Below, in pieces: positions 49,745-62,310 of a stretch of DNA of 64,000 nucleotides. The translations under genes and the position numbers were made by a program. Below the pieces are notes generated by a model. The model was not told where the DNA came from, searched no databases, and saw only the letters and a program-made list of their open reading frames with translations. The number at the start of each line of letters is the position of its first letter. Position 1 is the stretch's first letter. Origin of the DNA: Mobula hypostoma (taxonomy: Eukaryota); NCBI RefSeq assembly GCF_963921235.1, contig NC_086097.1, positions 195,240,001 through 195,304,000 of the forward strand, in the 5' to 3' direction.

Positions 49745-51655
49745 AAACACAAAATACTCTGCAGATGCTGGGATCAAAGCAACACTCATAACATGCTGGA
49801 GGAAGTCAGCAGGTCAGGCAGCGTCTGTGGAAACGATCAGTTAACATTTTGGTTCGGAACCCTTTGTCAGCGATGAAGAGGGAAGGGGCAGAGGCCCTAT
49901 AAGGAAGGTTGGGGGAGGATGGGAAGGAGAAGGCTGGTAGGTTCCGGGTGAAAAACCAGTAAGGGGAAAGACAAAGGGGTGGGGAAAGGAGGGGGAGGGA
50001 AGTACCGGAAGTTGGAGAATTGTATGTTCATACCAAGGGGCTGGAGACTACCGAGACGGTATATGAGGTGTTCGCCTACCTAGACGGTATATGAGGTGTT
50101 GGAACCGCTTCGTCGAGCACCTCCGCTCTGCCCGCCACAACAGACAGGATCTCCTGGTTGCCACACACTTCAAATCTGCTTCCCATTCCCATTCGAATAC
50201 GTCCATACATGGCCTCCTCTACTGCCATGATGAGGCTAAACTCAGGTTGGAGGAGCAACACCTCATATATCGTCTAGGTAGTCTCCAGCCCCTTGGTATA
50301 AAAATAGAATTCTCCAACTTCCGGTAAATCCCTCCCCCTCCCGTCCCCTATCCCCATTTCACTCTGCCCCCTCCCCCAACTTAACTATCACCTCCCTCAT
50401 GGTTCCACCTCCTTCTACTACCCAAGCAACACACATCAAAGTTGCTGGTGAACGCAGCAGGCCAGGCAGCATCTGTAGGAAGAGGTGCAGTCGACGTTTC
50501 AGGCCAAGACCCTTCGTCAGGACTAACTGAAGGAAGAGTGAGTAAGGGATTTGAAAGTTGGAGGGGGAGGGGGAGATCCAAAATGATAGGAGAAGATGGG
50601 AGGGGGAGGGATAGAGCCAAGAGCTGGACAGGTGATAGGCAAAAGGGGATACGAGAGGATCATGGGACAGGAGGTCTGGGAAGAAAGACAAGGGGGGGGG
50701 GGACCCAGAGGATGGGCAAGAGGTATATTCAGAGGGACAGAGGGAGAAAAAGGAGAGTGAGAGAAACAATGTGTGCATAAAAATAAGTAACAGATGGGGT
50801 ACGAGGGGGAGGTGGGGCCTTAGCGGAAGTTAGAGAAGTCGATGTTCATGCCATCAGGTTGGAGGCTACCCAGACGGAATATAAGGTGTTGTTCCTCCAA
50901 CCCGAGTGTGGCTTCATCTTTACAGTAGAGGAGGCCGTGGATAGACATGTCAGAATGGGAATGGGATGTGGAATTAAAATGTGTGGCCACTGGGAGATCC
51001 TGCTTTCTCTGGCGGACAGAGCGTAGATGTTCAGCAAAGCGGTCTCCCAGTCTGCGTTGGGTCTCGCCAATATATAAAAGGCCACATCGGGATCACCGGA
51101 CGCAGTATATCACCGCAGTCAACTCACAGGTGAAGTGTTGCCTCACCTGGATGGACTGTTTGGGGCCCTGAATGGTGGTAAGGGAGGAAGTGTAAGGGCA
51201 TGTGTAGCACTTGTTCCGCTTACACGGATAAGTGCCAGGAGGGAGATCAGTGGGGAGGGATGGGGGGGACGAATGGACAAGGGAGTTGTGTAGGGAGCGA
51301 TCCCTGCGGAATACAGAGAGAGGGGGGGAGGGATAGATGTGCTTAGTGGTGGGATCCCGTTGGAGGTGGCGGAAGTTACAGAGAATAATATGTTCTACTA
51401 CCCATTGTGTTTTCCCCTATTCCTTCTTCACCTTTCCTGCCTATCCCCTCCCCCACTCCTTTATCTTTCCCCTTACTGGTTTTTCACCTGGAACCTACCA
51501 GCCTTCTCCTTCCCACCCTCCCCCCACCTTCTTTATAGGGCCTCTGCCCCTTCCCTCTTCAGTCCTGATGAAGGGTTCCAGCCTGAAACGTTGACTGATC
51601 GTTTCCACGGATGCTGCCTGACCTGCTGAGTTCCTCCAGCGTGTTGTGAGTATTT
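49745..51655. mobile_element. Older PLE (family B) inverted insertion, minus arm then plus arm, interrupted by PLE-A
   Basis: ORF 50091..50327 (RFVEHLRS..VATHF..LEEQHLIYRLGSLQP), inverted pseudo-LTR ends and a hammerhead at ~51561-51598 (+). Confidence 0.8.
50425..51392 (-). mobile_element. PLE-A, 5'-truncated (GIY-YIG plus pseudo-LTR)
   Basis: 12-bp TSD TTCTACTACCCA at 50413-50424 and 51393-51404; hammerhead at ~50488-50526. Confidence 0.92.
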
Positions 51656-51931
51656 TTGAAATTACTTTCTGAAACTGGCTTAGCTTGGGGCGTGGTGGGG
51701 GGCGGGGGTTCATTCATCATATCATTTGTACCACTCAGTGAAGAACTCTGAGACTAAGAGATATAAAACTAAGGGTACAAAATATTAAGTACTTAAAGAT
51801 TTTGTAAAGAAACTAGTTGCTAACATTGTATATTTCCCATGCCCATTGCAGATCAATTTTCTCTTCAAAGCTGGGTAATATTTCTTTTGCCTGATACATA
51901 CAATAACATTGTAAAATCATTCTCTACTTAC

Positions 51932-52014
51932 CAGTTTATGATTCTCTAAGCCACATGACACAAAGGAAATCTTCCCTTTGTAAACATAAATCAACAGGCA
52001 AACCACATGGGAAT
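51932..52014 (-). other. Candidate host-gene exon (83 nt)
   Basis: Acceptor ctcctttaatctttag and consensus donor CTG|gtaagt, in a repeat-poor island. Confidence 0.35.
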
Positions 52015-53375
52015 CTAAAGATTAAAGGAGATTGTTTACCAATTCTCATTTTTCTCTCCTAAAGGTACTTGGAGTTTTATTTGTGTCACTAGTACCAAAT
52101 ACTGCATCTCACTCAGTTAATCGTTTTCACAAAAGCCAAATAATAAATGTATATGTTAGTGGACTATTTGACTTTGAAAGGCGTAATTTAATGTAATGGC
52201 CTCAATTCCTCCACTGTTGTCAATGAATGGGTAGCTGTCTTTTTAATAAAAAGCAAAATTAAACTATTAAGATGCTTCAATTTAACTTGGAACTAAAGAG
52301 TAATGAAATTGTCTTTTTTCTTGATGATGAAAGCAGATAGCTTCAAATTATAGATGGAAAGTTATAAAGAGAAAGGACATTTCATAAAATGTGTTCCATC
52401 AGGTAAAGGTCACACTTCTGATATGCATGTCCCCTGTGCTTCTCCACTGAAGCTGTGAAGCAATGTTTAATTGATGTCAGGTATTCTGTTAAGAGTTCTC
52501 CTGAAATACTAATTCAAAAATTTTCTGTGCTTTAATAGGCTAGATATGATCTCACATCAACATCTCCTGTAATTATGTACCATCAGCCATGAATCTTCAC
52601 TGAAACTCGCTTTTAAGGATAATGTGACCAATTTGTAAATTTGGCTTGTATATTTTAGGCTGATTTTATAGGGGACCCATATAGAACATCTTTTAAAGGT
52701 AACATGGTCTTTGCTAACTTCTGTTGCCAATACAATTAAAGACTGAGCTCTATAAACTTTAGTAAAGATTGTATGAAGTAACAAGAACAAAATGACTAAA
52801 TTATTGATTGAAACAGCAAAATCTATGCATCTGACTTTGTTTATTTACAACTACAACTAAAAAAGAGAATGGTATTCTTCTTTGTTCAGAAAATATCCAG
52901 ATAATGTACTTTGACGGTTCCTTTTTCGTAAGTTTCCCTCCAGATTTTGTTGATTCCTTTCCACTATTTTATTCATGTGCATATATATTATGTGTAGATT
53001 CAGAGAACTGAAGGGCTTGAGTTATAAGGATAGATTGGGACTGTTTCCCTGGAACAAAGATGGCTGGGAGATGACGTGATAGAGGTACATAAAATTAAGA
53101 GAGGATAGATAGTCAGGGTCTGTTTCCCATGGTCAGGTTATCCGGTTTAACTTACACCTGCAGACTCTTGTGTCTGCAATTATCACCTTCCACCATACAC
53201 TCCTCCTACTTGCCTCCAACTGCCTCTTTTTTGCTCTCTGTTTCTACCCATCATCCACTGCTCCCAACTTCAACCCTCCCTTTCCTTCATCTGGGGCATC
53301 TGCTCATCATTCCCTCCTCACTTATTGCTTGATAGACATTGCCTTAACCCTCCCTCTCAAGCTAATATAGGCTCA

Positions 53376-53649
53376 AGCAACACACGTCAAAGTTGCTGGT
53401 GGCCAGGCAGCATCTCTAGGAAGAGGTACAGTCGATGTTTCGGGTTGAGACCCTTCGTCAGGGCCAACTGAAAGAAGAGCTAGTAAGAGATTGAAAGTGG
53501 GAGGGGGAGGGGGAGATCCAAAATGGTAGGAGAAGACAGGAGAGGGAGGGATACCTAGAGATGCTGCCTGGCCTGCTGCGTTCACCAGCAACTTTGATGT
53601 GTGTTGCTTGAATTTCCAGCATCTGCAGATTTCCCCGTGTTTGCATTTT
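53376..53649. mobile_element. Miniature inverted PLE-A insertion inside an older PLE relic
   Basis: 13-bp TSD TAATATAGGCTCA at 53363-53375 and 53650-53662; minus then plus pseudo-LTR pieces. Confidence 0.85.
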
Positions 53650-54419
53650 TAATATAGGCTCACCTCCCTCTACACCTGATACAGAGTCTTGACACGAGGC
53701 ATTCGGAATGCCTCCACAGATGCTGCCTGAGTTACTGAGTTAATCCAGCAGTTTGTTTCTTACAGTAGCATGATGCCATGGGCTGGAAGATGAAAATCCC
53801 TTCATGTGAAGTTATGCTGATGAAGCTGGAGTCGCTAAAACAAATGAATTGCTTCAGGACTGGGAACTGAGGATGAATTTGTCCTTTTTAAGAAAGAGGA
53901 GCTGAAGGCTGCTGTAGCATCTTCAGAGTGGCTCTTGGTAAGATTAACCATTCTGGATAGAAATGGAATCTCAGATCTTCTATGGTTTGTTGGGCCGAGC
54001 CACTCCCTGAAGTGATGGGAAAAGGCAGGAGGTTTAGAGAAGTAAATTTCGATGTTAAGAAAAATATTTTTTGCCTTGTACTCTCAGCTGGAAACCATGC
54101 TCAAAAATAATTTGGCTGATTAAACTTGATAGCATATGATTTATCTTTATTATTGCACCCCCTTTTACTATGATGAAGTGTTTTAAGAAGATGGTCATGG
54201 TCAGAATCAAATCCTGCCTAAGCAAGGACTAGGACCCATCACAATTTACCTATCACTACAAATGGTCTTTAGTGGACAATTTCACTGGCTCTCCACTCAG
54301 TCGTGATATCTCCTCCTCACTGATAATCCCATGACTTGCTCCAGCTCAGAGTCCTACCCCCTTGCCAATCTAGTTTACATCCTTGCATGGAGTACTAACA
54401 AACTTCCCTGCAAGGATAT

Positions 54420-57400
54420 TAGACCATAAGACCATAACACATAGGAGCAGAATTAGGCCATTCATCCCATCAAGCCTGCTCCACCATTCCATCATGGCTG
54501 AGTTATTATCCCTCTCAATCCCATTCTCCTGCCATCCTCATATAACCTTTGACACCCTGATTAATCTAGAAACTATCAATCTCTGCCTTAAATATACCCA
54601 ATGATTTGGTCTGCACGACTGTCTGGAAATAAATTCCACAGACTCACCACCCTCTTGCTAAAGAAATTTTTCCTCATCTTTGTTCTAAATGGATGACCAT
54701 CCATTCTGAGGGTTGTACCCTTTGGCCCTAGATTCCCCCTCTACAGGAAACATCCTCCCCACATTCATGCTATCAAGGCCTTTTAACATTCAATAGGCCT
54801 CAATGAGATTCCACCTCTTTCTTCTAAATTCCAGGCCCAGAGCCATCAAACACTCGTCATATGATAAACATTACATTCCTTGAATCATGGTGTGAACCTC
54901 CTTTGAACTTTCTCCAATGTCAGCACATCCTTTCTTAGATAAGGCACCTAAAACTGCTCACAATATTCCATCTGAGGCATCACCAGTGTCTTATATAGCA
55001 GCGGTCCCCAACCACCGGGCCGCAAAGCATGTGCTACCGGGCCGCGAGGAAACGATGTGGTTTGGCGATATGAGTCAGCTGCACCTTTCCTCATTCGCTG
55101 TCACGCCCACTGTTGACCTTGAACGTACACGAGGTCATTTTGCATGCATCATCCATGTCAGCGCGGGAAGATCAACTCCTCGAGCTTGCAAATGACGGTG
55201 GGCTGAAAAGTATGTTTAATATAACATCTCTGCCAGCATTCTGGATCAAAGTCAAGGCTGAATATCCTGAGATAGCCATGAAAGCACTGAAAACATTGCT
55301 TCCATTTCCAACATATCTCTGCAACAAAAACTAAATTGCAGAATAGACAGGACATAAGGAACCCCCTTTGAGTATCGCTGTCTCCCATCACCCCTCGACG
55401 GGACTGTCTTGTTGCAGGGAAACAAGCCCAGGGCTCCCACTGATTCAGTGATATTGGTGTGTTGCAATGATTTTATATGCTCATACGGGGAAAATATGCA
55501 CTGTGTGTTTAATATCCAAACGTTACTTAAATGTTATGATGCTATTCACTTATAAGTGACTTATATAACCATATAATAATTACAGCACGGAAACAGGTGA
55601 TCTCGGCCCTTCTAGTCCGTGCTGAACGCTACTCTCACCTAGTCCCACCGACCTGCACTCAGCCCATAACCCTCCATTCCTTTCCTGTCCATATACCTAT
55701 CCAATTTTTCTTTAAATGATAATATCAAACCTGCCTCTACCACTTCTGCTGGAAGTTCATTCAACACTCACTTCAAGCTCCCCTGTCCTCCCCTGATAAT
55801 TGACTTATCACTATATTCATGTGAGGAAAATATGCGCTGTGTATTTTTGTAATTTTAATTTCGTTAGATAAACCCTTTTACAAATGAAATTGAGTGTATT
55901 AGCCACTTATCACCTATATTCCGGTCGTGATTAACAACCCCACACCCCCCGAACAGAATCGCCAAAAACGATTTGCAGAAAGAAAAAATCGGCAAGTACA
56001 CGCATGCGCAAAGTCACACATGCACACACAGGTGCCCGCACAAGGCTTCATGGTCATTGTAGTCTTTCTCGGGATAAACACAACGTACTAGACTGCTACT
56101 CTTGTCCGTTGGCAACCCTAACCACGCTCCCCCCCCCCACCCGGTCGGCCAGTCCGCAAGAATATTGTCAATATTAAACCGGTCCACAGTGCAAAAAAGG
56201 CTGAGGACCCCTGTCATATAGTCTCAGCATTACATCCTCTCCAAATAAATAACATTGCATTTGGATCCCTTACCACTGACTCAACCTGCAAGTTAACCTT
56301 TAAGGGATCATGCACAAGGACTCCGAAGTAACTCTGCACACTGATTTTTGAATCAACACACCAACCATAAAACGCCCCATTAATTCTCAATGCCTCCTGC
56401 CAATCGGCCAATCCTCTATCCATGCTAGTATCTTTCCTCTAATGTAAGAGGCTCTTATCTTGCTAAGCAGCCTTAGGTGTGGCACCTTGTCAAAGGCCTT
56501 CTGAAAATTAAAGCACACAACATCCATTGATCCTCCTTTATCTATCCTGTTTGTTATTTCCTTGAAGAATTCCAACAGATTTGTCAGGCAAAATTTTCCC
56601 TGAAAAAAATCATGCTGAGTTTGGCCTATTTTATCATGTGCCTCCAAGTACTCTGAAATTTCATCCTTAACAAATCAATTCCAACATCTTCCCAAACACT
56701 GAGGTAAGGCTAAATGGCCCAAAATTTTCTTTCTTCTGCTTCCCTCCTTTCTTAAAGAGTGGAGTGACATTTGCTATTCTTGAAAGATCATTATTAATGC
56801 CTCCATAATCCCTACAGCTACCTTTTTCAATACCCTGGGGTGTAGTTCATCTGGTCTATATGACTTATCTATCTTCAGACCTTTCAGCTTTCTAAGCACC
56901 TTCTCCCTAATAATAGCAATTGCACTTACTTCTGCCCCCTGACACTCTTGAATTCCTGGCATGTTGCTAGTGTCCTTCACAATGAAGAATGATGCAGAAT
57001 AGTTATTCACTTCATCTGATATTTCCTTGTCACCAATTACTACCTCTCCAGTGCCATTTTCCAGTGGTCAGTTATCTACTTATACCTCTCTTTTACTTTT
57101 TAATATATCTGAAAAAAGTATTTGGTATCCTTTTTAAAATTATTTGCTTGCTTGCCTTCGTATTTCATCTTTTTGTTCCTTATACCTTTTTTTGGTTGCT
57201 TTCAGTTATTTTTTTAAAGGTTCCCAATCCTCTGACTTCCCACTAATTTTTGCTCTATTATATACCCTCTCTTTGGCTTTAAAAAAAACCAAAATCACAG
57301 AATCATGGTTTTGTCATCCTGTCTTTAGAATACTTCTTCTTTGGGATTTATCTATCTTGTGCCTTCCAAATTGCACCCAGAGACTCCAGGTATTGCTGCT

Positions 57401-58620
57401 CTGCCATCATCCCTGCTTGTGTCTCCTTCCAATCAGCTTTGGCAAGCTCTTCTTTTATGCCTCTGTAATTCCCTTTACTCCACAGTAATACTGATACATC
57501 TGACCTTAGCTTCTCCCCCTCAAAATTGCAGGGTGAATTCTATCATATTATGATCACTGTCCCCTAATTGTTCCTTTAACTTTAACTTCCAAATCAAATA
57601 TGACTCATTATACTACATCCAATCCAGAATAGCTGATCCCCTAGAGCTGCTTTAAATATCCATCTTGGAGGCATTCTACAAATAGTCTCTCTTGGGATCC
57701 AAAATTAGCACCATCCTAATTTTCCCAATCTAACTGCATATTGAAATCCTCCATGACTATTGTAAAATTGCCCTTATTATATGCATTTTCTACCTCCTGT
57801 TATAATGTGTATCCTACATCCTGGCTACTGTTTAGAGTCCTGAGAGTAACTCCCACCAGGGTCTTTTTACTTTTGCTGTTCCTGAACACTATCCACAAGG
57901 ATTCTTCAGCTCCTATGTCACCTGTTTCTAATGATTTGTTTTTATTTTTTACCAACAGAACCAACCCACCCCTTTGCCTACCTGTCTGTTCTTTTGAAAG
58001 AATGTGTATCCTTGGATGTTAAACTCCCCAATATAATCTTCTATCAGCCACGACTCAGTGATGCCCACAAAATCAGACCTGCCAACCTCTATCAGCGTCA
58101 CTTGATCATCTACTTTATTTTGTATACTGCGTGCATTCAAATATAACACCGTCAGTCCTATATTAGTTACCCTTTTCAATTTTGTCTCCCTATTACTCTG
58201 CACTTGTTGCCAATTTTCTTTCCCTCTCCTGACAGTCATCCACGTAGCTGCCTCCTGCAACTTAGGGGTGACTAGCTCCCTGTAGTGCCTATTTCCTACC
58301 AACTCATTTTCCTTTATGAGCTGAAGGTCATCCAGCTGCAGCCCCAGTCCCTTACCACGGACTCTAAGGAAATCAATGCACTTTGTGCCTATGTAGTTAT
58401 CAGGGAGACTGGATGTCTCCCAGATTTCACATATCTTAAACAAGGGTCACACTACTACCTCCAGATCCATTCTCAGTACTTACTTAGAACCTTCACCTGT
58501 GCTTGCCCAAGCTTGTTGAGCCATAGTGGATCACTCTAACAGTGGTTCACTCCCACAACAACCGCTCCACTTACACTTCCTCTCTATTTATTGGCCACAC
58601 ATTGATTTTAGCCTGCTGAA
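54420..58620 (-). mobile_element. Decayed, internally deleted CR1 (ORF1 N-terminus, ORF2, 3' tail), interrupted by a hAT element
   Basis: ORFs 57949..58443, 56774..57010 and 56387..56647 (FQKAFDKVPH); (TCTTATGG)-type tail at ~54420-54440. Confidence 0.85.
54999..56213 (+). mobile_element. Non-autonomous hAT (Charlie/Buster-like) element
   Basis: TIRs cagcggtccccaacc / ggctgaggacccctg and an 8-bp TSD ttatatag / tcatatag. Transposase tail LPAFWIKVKAEYPEIAMKALKTLLPFPTYLC. Confidence 0.88.
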
Positions 58621-58740
58621 AACTCCTGGGCTCATTTTAAACTTAGCGCTGTGTCACCAGTGAACAACTTCTCATGCTGATTTCAGCCCCATGAAATTAC
58701 TGATAGTGATCCTTCTCTGTCCCTCTTGTGCAGGTTCCCT

Positions 58741-59030
58741 CTACCTCAGAGAGATCCCAATGATCCAAACATCCAATTCCTTGCCCCTGCACCAGCTTCT
58801 CAGCCATGAATTCATCTGATCCATCTTATTATTTCTGACCTTGTTTGCACATGGCAGTGGCTGGAACCCAGATATCATTACCCTCAAGCTTTTGCTTCTT
58901 AGCATCATAACTTCCACGACATATTCATTGTGCGGTACCACATGCTTTGTTCTGCCTATCTAGTTTGTACCAACATATACAAAGACCTCTGCCTGTGCAC
59001 CTTCCACCTTAAGGATATACTGCATCCACT
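58741..59030 (-). mobile_element. Decayed CR1 ORF1 esterase fragment
   Basis: VMISGFQPLP...MNSWLRSWCRG resembles VVISGLLPVP...INAWLRDWSRG at 40483..40827. Confidence 0.65.
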
Positions 59031-59611
59031 TAGAAACCTGTTCCAGTCAGATCAAGGAAAGATTTAAAAGAGACCTGAGAGGCAATTCTCCCACACCACC
59101 AGGTACAGGATGAGCTACTTCCCTTCCACCATTTGGTTCTTGAATAAACCGGTACTAATCACTACAGTTTAATAGCACTATAGCCACTTTGATCATTGTG
59201 TACTAAAAGGAACACACACAAAATGCTGGAGGAACTCAGCAGGCCAGGCAGCATGTATGGAAAAGAGTACAGTCGCCATTCCAAGCTGAGACACTTCAGC
59301 AGGGCTGGAGAAAAAGAAGGGAGGGGAGGAAGAAATATAAGGTGATAGGTGAAACTGGGAGGGGAGGGGTGAAGTAAAGAGCTGGGAAGTTGATTTGTGG
59401 AAGAGACACAGGGCTGGAGAAGGGGGAATCTGTTAGGAGAGGACAGAAGGCCATGGAAGAAAGAAAATGGGGGAGGAGCACCAGAGGGAAGTGATGGGCA
59501 GGCAAGGAGATAAGGTGAGAGAGGGAAAAGGAGATGGGGAATAGAGAAGGAGGGTATTAACAGGGGTTTAAAAAAATCATCCTCCAACCTGAGGCTGAAG
59601 GATGGTTGTAG

Positions 59612-62310
59612 TTGGGAGTTGAATGTTCAATGTTACACATTGTCTCGGAGGGATAGGAAGGGTGGCAGAGGGGTGATGTGGCTCTACTGGTAAAGAATGA
59701 CATCAAATCAGTAGAAAGATGAGACATAGGATCGGAAGATGTTGAATCCTTGTGGGCTAAGTTAAGAAACTGCAAGGGTAAAAGAACATTGATGGCAATT
59801 ATATACAGGCCTCTCAACAGTGGCTGGGAGGTGGACCACAGATTACAACAGTGAATAGAAAAGGCGTGCCAGAAGGGCAATGTTATGGTAGTCATGGGAG
59901 ATTTTAACATGCAAGTTGATTGAGAAAATTAGGTTGGTAATGGATCTCAAGAGAGTGAGTTTGTTGAATGCCTAAGAGATGTATTTTTTTAGAGCAGTTT
60001 GTTGTTGAGCCTACTAGGGAATCAGCTATACTGGATTGGGTGTTATGTAATGAACCAGAGGTGATTTGGGAGCTTAAAGTAAAAGGACCCTTAGGAACCA
60101 GTGATCACAATATGATTGAGTTCAATTTGAAATTTGATAGTGAGAAAATAAAGTCTGATGTAGCAGTACTTCAGTGGAGTAAGGGAAATTACAGTGGTAT
60201 GAGAGAGGAGTTGGCCAAAGTAAATTGCAAGGGGCTGTTGGCAGGGATGTCAACAGAGCAGCAATGGTGCATGTTTCTGGGGAAAATGAGGAAGGTGCAG
60301 GACATATGTACTCCAAAAATAAAGTCAAAATAGTACAACCATGGCTGACAAAGGAAGTCAAAGCTATTGTAAAAGCAAAAGACAGGGCATACAGCAAAAC
60401 AAAAATTAATGGGAAGATAGAGGATTGGGAGGTTTTAAAAAACCTGCAGGGAGTAACTAAAAAAATTATTAGAAGAGAAAAGATGAAATATGAAAGCAAG
60501 CTGGAAAATAATATCAAAGTGAACAGTAAAAGTTTTTTTCAAGTATATTAAAAATAAAAGAGAAAGGAGAGTGGATATAGGACTGCTAGAAAATGTAGCG
60601 TGAGAAATAATAATAGGGGACAAGTAGATGGCTGATGAAATAAATAAGTATTTTACATCAGCCTTCACTATAAAAGACACTAACAGTATGCCTGATGTTG
60701 TAGTGTGGGAAGGAAGAGAAGCGGGTGCAGATATTATTACAAGGTGCTCAAAAAGCTGAAAGTTACATAAGTCACCCGGACCAGATGAACTACACCCTAG
60801 GGTTGTTCAGAAAGAGGTAGCGTCGGAGATTGCCGTGCATTAGAAATGAATTTTCAAAAATCATTGGACTCTGGCATGGTGCCAGAGGACTGGAAAATTG
60901 TAAATGTCACTTGACTCTTTAAGAAAGAAGGAGGGCAGCAGAAAGGAAATTATACACCAGTTAGCCTGACCTCAGTGGTTGGGAAGATGTTAGAGTCTTG
61001 TTAAGGATGAGCTGATAGAGTACTTGGTGACACAGGACTAGATAGTACAAAGTCAACATGGTTTCCATCAGGGAAAATACTGCCTGATGAACCTGTTGGA
61101 ATGCTTTGAGGAGATTACAAGTAGGGTAGATAAAGGGGATACAGTGGACTTCCAGAAGGCCTTTGACAAGGTGCCGCACATGAGGCTGCTTACCAAGTTA
61201 AGAGCCCATGGTATTACAGGAAAGTTACTAACATGGTTAGAGCATTGGCTGATTGGTAGGAGGCAGCGAGTGGAAATAAAAGGATCCTTTTCTGGTTGAC
61301 TGCCAGTGACTAATGGTGTTCCGCAGGGGTCGGTGTTGGGACCACTTCTTTTTATGCTGTATATAAATGTGTTAGATGATGGAATAGATGGCTTTGTTGC
61401 CAAGTTTGCAGAAGACACGAAGGTTGGTGGAGGGGCAGGTAGTGTTGAGGAAACAGGTAGGATGCAGAAGGACTTTGACAGATTAGGAGAATAGGCAAAA
61501 AAATGGCAAATGAAATACAATGTTGGTCATGCACTTTGGTAGTAGAAATAAATGTGTGGACTATTTTCGGGGAGAAAATCCAAAAATCTGAAATGCAAAG
61601 GGACTTGGGAGCCCTTGTGCAGAACACCCTAATGGTTAATCTGCAGTTTGAGTCTGTGATGAGGAAAGCAAATGCCATGTTAGCGTTCATTTCAAGAGGT
61701 CTAGAATACAAGAGCAGGGATGTGATGCTGAGGTTTTATAAGGCACTGGTGAGGTCTCACCTTGAGTATTGTGAACAGTTTTGGGCCTCTCATCTTAGAA
61801 AAGGTGTGCTGGCTTTGAAGAGGGTTCTGAGGATGCTCACAAGGATGGTTCCAGGAATGAAAGGGTTATCATACGAGGAACGTTTGATGGCTCTGGGTCT
61901 GTACTCGCTGGAATTCAGAAGGATGAGGGGAGGAATGTCATTGAAACCTTTTGAATGTTGAAAGGCCTAGACTGGGTTGTTTCCCATGGTGAGAGAGTCT
62001 AGGACAAGAGGGCACAGCCTCAGATTAGAGGGTGCCCTTTCAAAACAGAGGTGTGGAGAAATTTCTTTAGCCAAAGGGTGGTGAATTTGTGGAATTTGTT
62101 GCCACATGCAGCTCTGAACACAGGTCATTGGGTGTATTTAAGACAGAGATTGCTAGATTCTTGATTGGACATGGCATCAAAGGTTCTGGGGAGAAGGCCA
62201 GGAACTGGGATTGAGGAGATGTAATTAAAAGGATCAGCCATGATTGAACGGTAGAGCAAACTCAATGGGCCAGATTGCCTAATTCTGCTCCTATGTCTTA
62301 TGGTCTTATG
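59612..62310 (+). mobile_element. Decayed CR1 ORF2 and 3' end, inserted in a minus-strand PLE relic (~59210-59610 and ~62311-62500)
   Basis: [37 protein letters not shown] and a TCTTATGG tail. The flanks match PLE sequence (GTYPCNWNKCYICPYTS). Confidence 0.85.
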
